From assembly GCA_963718915.1 (NCBI GenBank), contig CAVRAI010000009.1, forward strand, positions 30,001-62,000: a stretch of DNA of 32,000 nucleotides. The letters are read 5' to 3'. Positions within the stretch are counted from its first letter, which is position 1. Every line of letters begins with the position of its first letter. A program made the translations under genes and the position numbers. The DNA is from an uncultured Chloroflexia bacterium (lineage in GTDB: Bacteria; Chloroflexota; Ktedonobacteria; Ktedonobacterales; JADMIN01). The notes under the pieces are model-generated. The model saw only the letters and a list, made by a program, of their open reading frames with translations, searched no databases and had not been told where the DNA came from. Shown here piece after piece: positions 1-7,139 of the stretch.

Positions 1-238
1 CCAAACGCATGCCCCGATGATGTTTGACGTTTGGTTATACGAAGACTGCCGGTAGAATTGGATGACCCCGATGAAGACCTGCGCGGGGATCTGAGGACTC
101 GCGTCGATCCTGCCGTGAGTATCTGGATACGTCAGATACTCCAGCGGCAGAAACGTCGCGGCGAAGGCCATGGCGCCGCCCGCAAGCAGGAGGCCCGCCG
201 CGATCCGGCGCGGTCCGCTGGTTGTCGGGTGACCCATG
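1..238 (-). CDS. partial CDS (about 79 N-terminal codons, continues past left edge): predicted membrane/secreted protein
   Basis: Not in the ORF track because no stop lies in the window. ATG at 238-236 has AAGGAG 7 nt upstream. Reads MGHPTTSGPRRIAAGLLLAGGAMAFAATFLPLEYLTYPDTHGRIDAS..., a basic n-region followed by a hydrophobic helix. Third codon positions are G/C-rich like neighbouring genes. Confidence 0.45.
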
Positions 239-254
239 CGCAGACTCCTTCGGA

Positions 255-306
255 ATCGCCAGTATCGCCAGTATCGCCAGTATCGCCAGTATCGCCAGTA
301 TCGCCA
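255..306. repeat. 9-bp tandem repeat ATCGCCAGT, 5 full copies plus a 7-nt partial
   Basis: Direct reading gives units at 255, 264, 273, 282, 291 and a partial at 300-306. On the minus strand it reads (GATACTGGC)n ending 17 nt before the AAGGAG RBS of the 1..238 gene. It generates the spurious SPV/AIL/GDT repeat ORFs in three frames. Confidence 0.95.
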
Positions 307-412
307 CGACAGCGGCTTCCTGCCAACAAGTCTACGCAATCACGGCCCGATTGAACACGTATAACTCGCAGAATGACTCGCAGAGATAGCTGGCTGCGGT
401 ATGAGCTGGTAC

Positions 413-450
413 AAAAAAGCTCCTCCCGCCCAGATGTGGGAAGGAGGAGC
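413..450 (-). terminator. intrinsic terminator downstream of trxB
   Basis: Minus-strand hairpin with an 8-bp outer stem (419-426 GCTCCTCC / 443-450 GGAGGAGC) and an inner CCCA/TGGG stem. It is followed by T6 on the minus strand (A-run 413-418) and begins 20 nt after the trxB stop. Confidence 0.75.
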
Positions 451-469
451 CTGTTGTGTAGAGGGAGCT

Positions 470-1477
470 TTATGCCGGATTCGTGGCCGTCTCGGTGGGG
501 CGGGTCTGCCCGTATTCGCGTGGGTCGCTAACCGTTGTCGTATCGACCGCATGCTGCGCTTCGAGCCAGCGCTCGGCGTCGATGGCCGCGCGGCATCCCT
601 CGCCCGCCGCGGTGACTGCCTGGCGGTAGCGGTGGTCGTCCACATCGCCCGCGACAAAGACGCCCGGCACGTTGGTCATCGTGTGCTCGACATGTTTGAG
701 ATAGCCAACCTCGTTCATATCCAGAATGCCACGGAAGATCCCAGTATTCGGCTGGTGGCCAATCGCCACGAAGAACCCCTGCACCGGCAGAGTCTCCGCC
801 GCGCCGGTCTTCAGGTTGCGCACAACCACGCCCTCGACCGCCTGCTCGCCGAGCACATCTTCCACCTCTGAGTCGAAGTGGATCGTGATCTTCGGGTGCT
901 CGCGCACGCGCTGCTGCATGATCTTGCTGGCGCGGAAGCTATCGCGTCGGTGGATCAGATGCACCTCGGAGGCGTATTTGGTCAGGAAGAGCGCCTCTTC
1001 CATCGCCGTATCGCCGCCGCCAACCACCGCCAGCGCCCGATTACGGAAGAACGGGCCGTCACAGGTGGCGCAGCCGCTGACGCCGCGTCCCTGAAGCCGC
1101 TGCTCGTTGGGCAGGCCAATCCACTTCGCGCTGGCGCCCGTCGCCACGATCACGCTTTGGGTCAGGTAGTGTCCGTCGCTGGTCCAGAGCTGGAAGGGCC
1201 GCTGCGAGAAATCGACGCGCGTGACATCTTGAGGGACCATCTCCGCGCCAAAGCGTCGCGCCTGGGCCTCGAACTTATCCATCAGCTCCGGCCCCTGAAT
1301 GCCTTCCTCGAAACCGGGGTAGTTCTCGACCTCGCTGGTAATCATCAACTGGCCGCCAAAGGCCTCGCCCTGGAGGACGAGCGTACGCATATTCGCGCGC
1401 GCGGCATAGATTGCGGCGGTATAGCCAGCCGGGCCGGAGCCAATGATGGCAACATCATACACCGGAGAATCGCTCAT
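470..1477 (-). CDS. trxB: thioredoxin-disulfide reductase
   Basis: 335 aa. N-terminal FAD fold VAIIGSGPAGYTAAIYAAR, redox-active CATCDG motif, NADPH fold AVVGGGDTAMEEALFL, and C-terminal GVFVAGDV. Confidence 0.95.
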   Translation of the reverse strand: MSDSPVYDVAIIGSGPAGYTAAIYAARANMRTLVLQGEAFGGQLMITSEVENYPGFEEGIQGPELMDKFEAQARRFGAEMVPQDVTRVDFSQRPFQLWTSDGHYLTQSVIVATGASAKWIGLPNEQRLQGRGVSGCATCDGPFFRNRALAVVGGGDTAMEEALFLTKYASEVHLIHRRDSFRASKIMQQRVREHPKITIHFDSEVEDVLGEQAVEGVVVRNLKTGAAETLPVQGFFVAIGHQPNTGIFRGILDMNEVGYLKHVEHTMTNVPGVFVAGDVDDHRYRQAVTAAGEGCRAAIDAERWLEAQHAVDTTTVSDPREYGQTRPTETATNPA

Positions 1478-1545
1478 AACTTCAGACCTTCCTCACGCGA
1501 TGCGAAACGGAGCATACACTACTTCAGACTATACCACGCCCTGAT

Positions 1546-1575
1546 ATTATACCATACCCCCGTTAGGTATGGCAA
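1546..1575 (-). promoter_or_regulatory. candidate sigma70-type promoter for trxB
   Basis: Minus strand reads TTGCCA (1575-1570), 18 nt, then TATAAT (1551-1546) with an extended TG (1554-1553). It lies about 65 nt upstream of the trxB ATG in a lower-G+C divergent intergenic region. Confidence 0.4.
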
Positions 1576-1775
1576 CTCGCTGGCCAGCGCCAACCAGAGC
1601 CAACACGAACGTCCTCGGTGTCACATCCAGTATCCGCATCGGAAATGTGTCGCCGTACGTAGTACTATTTAGAGAGAGCGTGGACGATAAGAAAAATATT
1701 GTACGATGACCTGACCGTTGAAAGACCTGGATTCGGCTTCTCAGAGCGTCTGGCATCTGGCGGACGGAGGTGGGC

Positions 1776-2288
1776 ATGAGCATCCATATCAACCCGATCT
1801 ACCTCACTGTCGTGATTCTTGCCTGGTTCGCCGTCTATCACCTCGCCTATGCATTTATCGCCATCGCACGCGACCACTCGCTGGTCGGCTGGAGCATCGG
1901 CCCATTGGGCATCAGCGCGATCACAATGCGGGAGCCACCGGTCCGCCAGGTCATCACCCAACTCCTCTGCGCCGCGCTGGCCCTCGCCGGCGCCTCATAT
2001 GTCAGCCTTTATCTGCTCACGCCTCCGCCCATTGCCGGGCTGCGCCAGTCGGTCTCGGCGCAGCTGATCGTGGTGGCGATCCCTGTCGCGGCATTGACAT
2101 TCTGGCGGATACTGGCGCTGCTGCGCGAGCGGCGCTTCCCACTCTGGGGCGAGGCGCGCGTGCTGGCAAGCATCCAGCGAACCCGCGCCACCGGGGCGCT
2201 GATCTTCTTCACGGCGCTGGGGAAGACCTTTCTGCGCGAGCGTTTCGGCGCGACACCGGGCGAATTCTTGCGCACAGCGCGCTTCTAA
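1776..2288 (+). CDS. hypothetical integral membrane protein
   Basis: ORF 1770..2288. ATG at 1776 has GGAGGTG just upstream. Several hydrophobic helices are visible (LTVVILAWFAVYHLAYAFIAI, LLCAALALAGASYVSLYLL, LIVVAIPVAALTFWRILALL). No family recognised. Confidence 0.55.
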   Translation: MSIHINPIYLTVVILAWFAVYHLAYAFIAIARDHSLVGWSIGPLGISAITMREPPVRQVITQLLCAALALAGASYVSLYLLTPPPIAGLRQSVSAQLIVVAIPVAALTFWRILALLRERRFPLWGEARVLASIQRTRATGALIFFTALGKTFLRERFGATPGEFLRTARF

Positions 2289-2323
2289 GCCATTCCCCTG
2301 AAGAGAATTGAGGAATCGTGACG

Positions 2324-2710
2324 ATGCCAGATGAGCCTGATATCTCTGACCCGCCATTGACGACCGATCCGAACTGCCTCTTCTGCCGCATCATCGCCGG
2401 TAGCATTCCCAGCACGCAAGTCTATCGCGACGACGACGTGATTGCCTTTCGTGACCGCAATCCCCAGGCGCCGACGCATGTGCTGGTCATCCCGCGTCGG
2501 CATGTCACAGGCATCAACGCGCCCGAGGCCGCCGATGGGCCGATGCTGGCGGCGATGGTGCGCGCGGCGAACGCGGTGGCGCGGGCCGAGGGAATCGTCG
2601 AGAGCGGCTTCCGGCTCGTCTGGAACGTCGGACACGACGCGGGCCAGAGCGTCTTTCACCTGCACCTGCATCTGCTCGGTGGCCGTCCGCTCGGCTGGCC
2701 GCCGGGATAA
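2324..2710 (+). CDS. HIT (histidine triad) family nucleotide hydrolase
   Basis: CLFCRI...VIAFRD...PTHVLVIPRRH followed by the histidine triad HLHLHLLGG. ATG 2324 has GAGGAA 8 nt upstream; the GTG at 2318 is too close to the RBS. Confidence 0.9.
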   Translation: MPDEPDISDPPLTTDPNCLFCRIIAGSIPSTQVYRDDDVIAFRDRNPQAPTHVLVIPRRHVTGINAPEAADGPMLAAMVRAANAVARAEGIVESGFRLVWNVGHDAGQSVFHLHLHLLGGRPLGWPPG

Positions 2711-2760
2711 TGGCCGGGATAATGGCCGGGATAATGGCCGGGATAATGGCCGGGATAATG
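2702..2760. repeat. 12-bp tandem repeat CCGGGATAATGG, about 4.9 copies
   Basis: Units begin at 2702, 2714, 2726, 2738 and 2750. The first copy contains the last codons and TAA stop of the HIT gene. Each unit carries TAATG (stop plus ATG), creating the artificial MAGIMAGIM... N-terminus of ORF 2710..3915. Confidence 0.95.
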
Positions 2761-2793
2761 AGCGCGGCCAGCGCATCGAGGAGAAGTGAGGAT

Positions 2794-3915
2794 ATGGGAG
2801 AGCGCGCATCCAGGTCATCTGAGCCAGTGCTTATCGTCGGGGCGGGGCCTGCCGGACTGGCAACCGCCGCCTGCCTGAAGCAGCGCAAGATTCCCGCGCG
2901 CATCTTCGAGGCGGGCGACGCGCCTGCCAATACCTGGCGCCGTCTCTACGACCGCCTACACCTGCACACCGTGCGCGCGCTTTCCGGCCTGCCAGGCTAT
3001 CCGATGCCGCGCCGCTTCCCGCGCTATCCCTCGCGCGAGCAGGTCGTCGAGTATCTCGATAGTTACGCGCGCCATTTTGGTCTGGTCATCGAGACGGAGA
3101 TGCCGGTGCAGCAGGCCGCGCCGGAGGGCGATGGCTGGCGGGTCGAGACGCCATCGGGCGCGCAGATTGGTCGGGCGCTGGTCTCGGCGACGGGTATCTT
3201 CAGCAATCCAATGCGGGCGCGCTATCCCGACGAGGAGTTGTTTCAGGGGCAGATCGCCCATACCGCCGGGTACCGCAACGCAACGCCGTTCGCCGGGCAG
3301 CGTGTGCTGCTGATTGGCGTGGGCAACTCGGGCGCCGAGATTGCCGTTGACCTCGCCGAACATAGCGCGCATCCGACAGTCTCGATCCGCGCCGGGGCGA
3401 ATGTGGTGCCGCGCGAGCTGGTGGGCCTGCCCATTCAGCGGTGGGCGCACATCATCACCCACCTGCCGCCTAGCGTGACACAGCGCGTGCTGGCGCCAGT
3501 GATGTTGCGCCAGGCGGTACGGCGGCAGACGCAGGCGGGGGTGCCGCGCCCGACGGTGGGCATACTGGAGAAGCCTGGCGTTCCCGTCATCGGGCTGGAG
3601 CTGCTGCGGCAGGCGCGCGCGGGCGCAATCGCCATTCGCCCGGCGGTCGAGCGTTTCACCGAGCATGGCGTGCGCTTTGTGGATGGACGTGAGGAATCAT
3701 TCGACACTGTGCTGATCGCGACGGGCTATCGGCCCGCGCTGGACTATCTGAGCGACGTGCTGCCGCTGGATGGCGCCGGATTCCCCCGGATGGACGGCGT
3801 GCGCTCGCTGGACCTGCCGAACCTGTACTTCGTTGGCATGTACAACAATATCCGCGGCACGCTTTTCAACATCGCGCACGAGGCGCCGCGGGTCGCTGAC
3901 ATGCTGGCGGTGTGA
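2794..3915 (+). CDS. class-B flavin-containing monooxygenase / NAD(P)/FAD-dependent oxidoreductase
   Basis: GAGPAG FAD fold, FMO motif FQGQIAHTAGY (FxGxxxHxxxY), second Rossmann fold GVGNSGAEIA, and an ATGY motif. Start placed at ATG 2794 (GAGGAGAAGTGAGGAT upstream) rather than 2710, which lies inside the tandem repeat. Confidence 0.85.
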   Translation: MGERASRSSEPVLIVGAGPAGLATAACLKQRKIPARIFEAGDAPANTWRRLYDRLHLHTVRALSGLPGYPMPRRFPRYPSREQVVEYLDSYARHFGLVIETEMPVQQAAPEGDGWRVETPSGAQIGRALVSATGIFSNPMRARYPDEELFQGQIAHTAGYRNATPFAGQRVLLIGVGNSGAEIAVDLAEHSAHPTVSIRAGANVVPRELVGLPIQRWAHIITHLPPSVTQRVLAPVMLRQAVRRQTQAGVPRPTVGILEKPGVPVIGLELLRQARAGAIAIRPAVERFTEHGVRFVDGREESFDTVLIATGYRPALDYLSDVLPLDGAGFPRMDGVRSLDLPNLYFVGMYNNIRGTLFNIAHEAPRVADMLAV

Positions 3916-3932
3916 GCGGGCGTCATAGTGAC

Positions 3933-3962
3933 TTGACAGGCTATCAGCGGGTGCGGTATAGT
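3933..3962 (+). promoter_or_regulatory. candidate promoter of the tRNA-Gly/tRNA-Cys operon
   Basis: TTGACA (3933-3938), 18 nt, then TATAGT (3957-3962), about 37 nt upstream of the tRNA-Gly 5' end. Confidence 0.55.
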
Positions 3963-3998
3963 TGGGGAGCCGACGCGAGAGCGCAGGTACGCAGCAAT

Positions 3999-4073
3999 GC
4001 GGGAGTGGCTCAGGGGTAGAGCATCTCCTTGCCAAGGAGAAGGTCGCGGGTTCGAATCCCGTCTCCCGCTCCA
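3999..4073 (+). tRNA. tRNA-Gly (anticodon GCC), CCA encoded
   Basis: Cloverleaf folded by hand. Acceptor GCGGGAG/CTCCCGC, anticodon stem TCTCC/GGAGA with loop TTGCCAA, T arm GCGGG-TTCGAAT-CCCGT, discriminator T then CCA. Confidence 0.9.
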
Positions 4074-4077
4074 TCGC

Positions 4078-4148
4078 GGCGACGTCGCCAAGTGGTAAGG
4101 CAAGGGTCTGCAAAACCCTCATCACCGGTTCGAATCCGGTCGTCGCCT
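4078..4148 (+). tRNA. tRNA-Cys (anticodon GCA), no encoded CCA
   Basis: Acceptor GGCGACG/CGTCGCC, anticodon loop CTGCAAA, T arm CCGGTTCGAATCCGG. It starts 4 nt after tRNA-Gly, and the 3' flank reads CCG. Confidence 0.9.
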
Positions 4149-4186
4149 CCGAGCTATCGAGAAGAGTCGAGCAATCCACAGGAATT

Positions 4187-4218
4187 CCGCCCTGGCCTGT
4201 CAGGCGCGGAGTTTTTTT
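4187..4218 (+). terminator. intrinsic terminator after the tRNA pair
   Basis: Hairpin CCGCCCTG (4187-4194) / CAGG-C-GCGG (4201-4209): 8 bp with one bulged C and loop GCCTGT. It is followed by AG and T7 (4212-4218). Confidence 0.6.
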
Positions 4219-5734
4219 CTTCCCTTTAGGGCACGATCTACACCCTTACCCCGAAACATTTTAGACCCTTATCAGAGCCTGAAAACAGCATCAGTATATC
4301 AAATTTGCCTCGGCCACGCAATGCGGTTGCTCAGAGAGCCTTTGTAGAGCCAATGGCTAACTGTCAGCAATGCACGTTGTATGTGCCATTTTTATAGTGA
4401 TACCCATTGGTTATCGAAGAAGATGGGTTTCACAGTAGCCCATACCTCTCTCCCCATCCGCCAAACTCATTTGCCGACAGGTCATGCCGCAACTGATGCC
4501 CCGATATGCGGGAAAAACGCCGTCTGCTTCTGGCCGAGAAAGCGCCATATAGCTGAGTTGGCGCTTTTGTGGCAACGATTCGAGGAGGCTGGCGCTCAGA
4601 TGGCCACGCGCAAAAGTGCGCTTTTGGCCAAGAGCACGCCGCCATAGCCAGCATCCATGTGCGCATGAGAGCCGATAGGATGCCGATCGGCCCTGGCAAA
4701 GTCTTGACGACTAGTACGACAGTTGCAGATAGCGGCGTGATGTGTCACCAATACCCTGAAGCCGAAAGGAGTCAGGGCATGGAGACGATGAAGACCGGCG
4801 AACTGACCAGGGAGGAGGTCTCCTCCTGGAGCGCGGGGCTGACGGAGGTGCAGGAGCGCATTGGGCCGCGCTTCGCCCGATCCTAGCAACGGCAACGGAT
4901 GGGGCGCTATCTCGACGGATTACTGAGTCCGGTCGAACGCAAGAACGGCTGGCAACTCGCCGAGCACGCGGGGCACGCGGGCGAGGCGCGTCCGTATGGC
5001 ATGCAGCGCTTGTTGGCAGGCGCGAAGTGGGATGCCAACGCCGTGCGCGACGACCTACGCGCGTATGTGGTGGAGCATCTGGGCGACCCACGCGCGGTGC
5101 TAGTCATTGATGAGACCGGGTTTCTCAAACACGGCGCGAAATCAGTGGGTGTCAGGCGCCAGTACAGCGGAACGGCAGGACGCATCGAGAACTGTCAGAT
5201 CGGCGTGTTTCTGACCTATGCCGCGCCGCAAGGGCATGTCCTCTTGGACCGGGAACTCTACCTGCCGCGTGAGTGGGCCGACGCTGCCGCGCGCCGTCAG
5301 GAGGCGGGCGTGCCGGAGGCGGTGACGTTTGCCACCAAGCCCGAACTCGCGCGCCAGATGCTGGCGCGGGCGCTGGACGCGGAGGTACCTGCCGCCTGGG
5401 TGACAGGCGACAGCATCTACGGCGGGGATCGACGGTTGCGCGTCTGGCTGGAGCAGCAGGAGCAGCCGTTTGTGTTGGCGGTCGCCAAAGACAAACCGTT
5501 GTGGGCCGTGCTCGACGAGCAGTGGGGCCAGCCGCGCGCCGACGTCATCGCCGCGCACATCCCGGCTGAGGCGTGGCAACGCCTCTCTGCGGGCGCCGGG
5601 GCGAAGGGACCGCGCTGGTACGACTGGGCGCGTATGCCGCTGGCGCGGCTGCAACTGACTGCCGAGGAGCGGCGCTGGGAGCACGGGGTGCTGGTGCGCC
5701 GCAGCCGCAGTGATCCGACTGAACTCGCCTACTA

Positions 5735-5754
5735 CGTGGTGTTTCGTGGTGTTT
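5735..5754. repeat. 10-bp tandem duplication CGTGGTGTTT x2 (frameshifting)
   Basis: Read directly. It shifts the transposase from YYVVF... into the frame containing [25 protein letters not shown]. Confidence 0.9.
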
Positions 5755-5822
5755 GCGCCAACGGGAACCGCCCTGCAGACGCTGGTACGGGTGGCAGGGC
5801 AGCGCTGGCGCATCGAGCAGAG

Positions 5823-5849
5823 CTTCGAACTCTTCGAACTCTTCGAACT
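5823..5849. repeat. 9-bp tandem repeat CTTCGAACT x3 (in-frame)
   Basis: Read directly. It inserts extra LFE units in ...[21 protein letters not shown].... Confidence 0.9.
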
Positions 5850-5883
5850 CGCCAAGGGTGAAGTTGGGCTGGATCAGTATGAG

Positions 5884-5893
5884 GTGCGGTGCG
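5884..5893. repeat. 5-bp tandem duplication GTGCG x2 (frameshifting)
   Basis: Removing one copy restores [30 protein letters not shown], the conserved IS701 C-terminal block. Confidence 0.8.
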
Positions 5894-6124
5894 GCGCTGG
5901 GATGGCTGGTATCGCCACATGACGCTGGCGATGTTCGCGCTGGCCTACCTCGCGGTCTTACGTGCCCGATGGCAGGCCCAGCCGACGCAACAGGGGCCGG
6001 TGTCACCTGGCGCGACCTCGACCGCAGTCGCAAAAGGGGGCCGAATCAGCAGTCGGTCGACCTGAGCGTCGACCTCGTACCGTTGACTATCCCAGAGATT
6101 CGGCATGTGCTCTGGGCCTTGGGG

Positions 6125-6159
6125 CAGGCGGTCTCCGCGCAGGCGGTCTCCGCGCAGGC
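6125..6159. repeat. 15-bp tandem duplication CAGGCGGTCTCCGCG x2 plus a 5-nt partial
   Basis: Read directly. It duplicates QAVSA in the transposase C-terminus. Confidence 0.9.
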
Positions 6160-6277
6160 AACGCCCCACGTGGTCAACTGGTCTGCATGGCGGCGACGCC
6201 ACCAAGCACAGGCCAAGCGCTGCCACTACCAGCGTCACTTGGCACGTACTTGACCACTAACTGCAACTGTAATACTA

Positions 6278-6520
6278 GTGTCGGGTCAGATACGAGATGG
6301 CTTCCTGACAGGTGCGGTCACAGGTCTCTTTGGATGGATATTGGCGATTATTATTGAAGATGTGTATCTTGACCTTTTTGTTTTTCAACAACCAGATGTA
6401 GCAGATTCGATTCGCCGCCAAATTTTGGAAGCGATAATTGTCGGTGTAATTGGATCCTGCATCGGCGCACTAGGTGGCGTGGTCAGTCGCAGACGCGCGA
6501 AGGCAAAGTCAAGGAAATAG
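6278..6520 (+). CDS. hypothetical small membrane protein (two predicted TM helices, basic tail)
   Basis: 80-aa ORF with FLTGAVTGLFGWILAIIIEDV and ILEAIIVGVIGSCIGALGGVV, then SRRRAKAKSRK. Codon usage is A/T-rich, unlike the host. The only start is a GTG overlapping the IS right tip, with an in-frame TGA just upstream in the reconstructed empty site. Confidence 0.3.
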   Translation: MSGQIRDGFLTGAVTGLFGWILAIIIEDVYLDLFVFQQPDVADSIRRQILEAIIVGVIGSCIGALGGVVSRRRAKAKSRK

Positions 6521-6554
6521 GGGGTTGTGCCGCGTAGCTTCACCCCTGGCACGA

Positions 6555-6573
6555 GAGACATAGTATAGTGACG
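6555..6573 (+). promoter_or_regulatory. candidate promoter (GAGACA-N3-TATAGT motif) for the RHH gene
   Basis: GAGACATAGTATAGTGACG matches the motif GAGACAT-N2-TATA(C/G)TG(G/A)CG also seen at 7042 and 10217. It lies about 25 nt upstream of ATG 6599. Confidence 0.35.
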
Positions 6574-6598
6574 CATACGCGATCCATCCATAGGTGTC

Positions 6599-7003
6599 AT
6601 GCACGCCAACCGTCTCGGTATTGAAAGCACGATGAAGAAACCCAAGAGTACTGAAGAGATCGCGAAGCTGCTGGAGCGGGAGAGCGAGGACGACGCCCTC
6701 TGGGAACAGGAGCCAGTTCCTGTCGAAAGGCGGCCAAATCGAACATCTGTTCTCTCGCTCCGCCTGCCAACCACAGAGTTTCATGCGTTGTTGAAAGCAG
6801 CGCGCAGTTCGGGCGAATCAGCCTCCGAGTATGTTCGGAAGGCGATTGCCATGCGCCTGAGCTATCAGCCAGAATCGCCAGTCGTCAACGTCTCCTGTAC
6901 CTACGTTGGAATGCCTGATGAGGTAGAGCAGCCGAACTGGAGAACATACACGTCTGGCAATCCGCAGGCTGAGCCTGACCAAACCGGTACGAAACAGGAA
7001 TAG
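6599..7003 (+). CDS. ribbon-helix-helix (CopG/antitoxin-like) domain protein
   Basis: RHH-like segment SVLSLRLPTTEFHALLKAARSSGESASEYVRKAIAMRL (beta strand plus two helices). Alternative start at ATG 6632 (MKKPKS). No toxin partner is recognisable next to it. Confidence 0.6.
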   Translation: MHANRLGIESTMKKPKSTEEIAKLLERESEDDALWEQEPVPVERRPNRTSVLSLRLPTTEFHALLKAARSSGESASEYVRKAIAMRLSYQPESPVVNVSCTYVGMPDEVEQPNWRTYTSGNPQAEPDQTGTKQE

Positions 7004-7031
7004 CAGCTTCTTTTCTGCGGATACACACGCG

Positions 7032-7070
7032 GCGACAGCGCGAGACATGTTATACTGGCGAACAGTCAAC
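7032..7070 (+). promoter_or_regulatory. 39-nt promoter-like repeat, copy A (orphan, points antisense into the DUF4166 gene)
   Basis: GCGACAGCGCGAGACATGTTATACTGGCGAACAGTCAAC is 34/39 identical to 10207-10245, with a TATACT core at 7051-7056. No credible + strand ORF lies downstream. Confidence 0.3.
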
Positions 7071-7139
7071 TATCCCCGGCTGAAGCCGAGAGCTTGCGAG
7101 TCGCCCGGAACGACAAAGCGCCCACATGGCCTCGCGCTG

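Larger units (their letters stand above)
4779..6253 (+). pseudogene. IS701-family DDE transposase, inactivated (nonsense codon plus frameshifting micro-duplications)
   Basis: Hallmark blocks are present: [94 protein letters not shown]. An in-frame TAG at 4884-4886 (RFARS*QRQR) breaks it. The C-terminal third is spread over three frames by duplications at 5735, 5884 and elsewhere. Confidence 0.85.
4710..6279 (+). mobile_element. IS701-family insertion sequence, degenerate
   Basis: Imperfect terminal inverted repeats: ACTAGTACGACAGTTGCAGATAGCGG (4710-4735) against the reverse complement of 6254-6279, ACTAGTATTACAGTTGCAGTTAGTGG (22/26 identical). The palindromic ACTAGT tips could be the duplicated target. 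One broken DDE transposase gene lies inside. Confidence 0.8.

Noticed and set aside
31-354. ORFs 31..354 (+), 35..307 (-) and 132..329 (-) with SPVSPV, AILAIL and GDTGDT peptide repeats.
   Set aside because: All three are translations of the same 9-bp tandem repeat in different frames. The better-supported gene is the unlisted minus-strand frame starting at ATG 238, downstream of the repeat and with its own RBS.
878-1672. Long ORFs antisense to or overlapping well-supported genes. Examples are 878..1672 (+), 2956..3666 (-), 7958..9091 (+), 12489..13217 (+), 14696..15625 (-), 17307..18038 (+), 20220..21167 (+), 22770..23366 (-), 29087..29920 (-) and 30050..30859 (-).
   Set aside because: They are typical stop-poor shadow frames of high-G+C coding DNA. 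Their translations are Arg/Ala/Pro/Gly-rich with no motifs, and each lies entirely opposite or out of frame to a gene with clear family signatures.
2710-2793. MAGIMAGIMAGIMAGIM N-terminal extension of the monooxygenase.
   Set aside because: It is generated by the 12-bp repeat, which copies the upstream gene's TAATG. A strong RBS and ATG at 2794 sit directly before the GAGPAG FAD fold.
4381-4647. 88-aa ORF in the tRNA-adjacent A/T-richer spacer, plus the upstream part of ORF 4569..4886.
   Set aside because: No RBS, implausible composition and no motif. Only the last 36 codons of 4569..4886 (from ATG 4779) are real, as the transposase N-terminus.
4884-4886. In-frame TAG in the IS701 transposase as programmed read-through or pyrrolysine.
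   Set aside because: The same gene has several independent frameshifting duplications, so simple decay is the parsimonious reading. No downstream recoding structure was seen.
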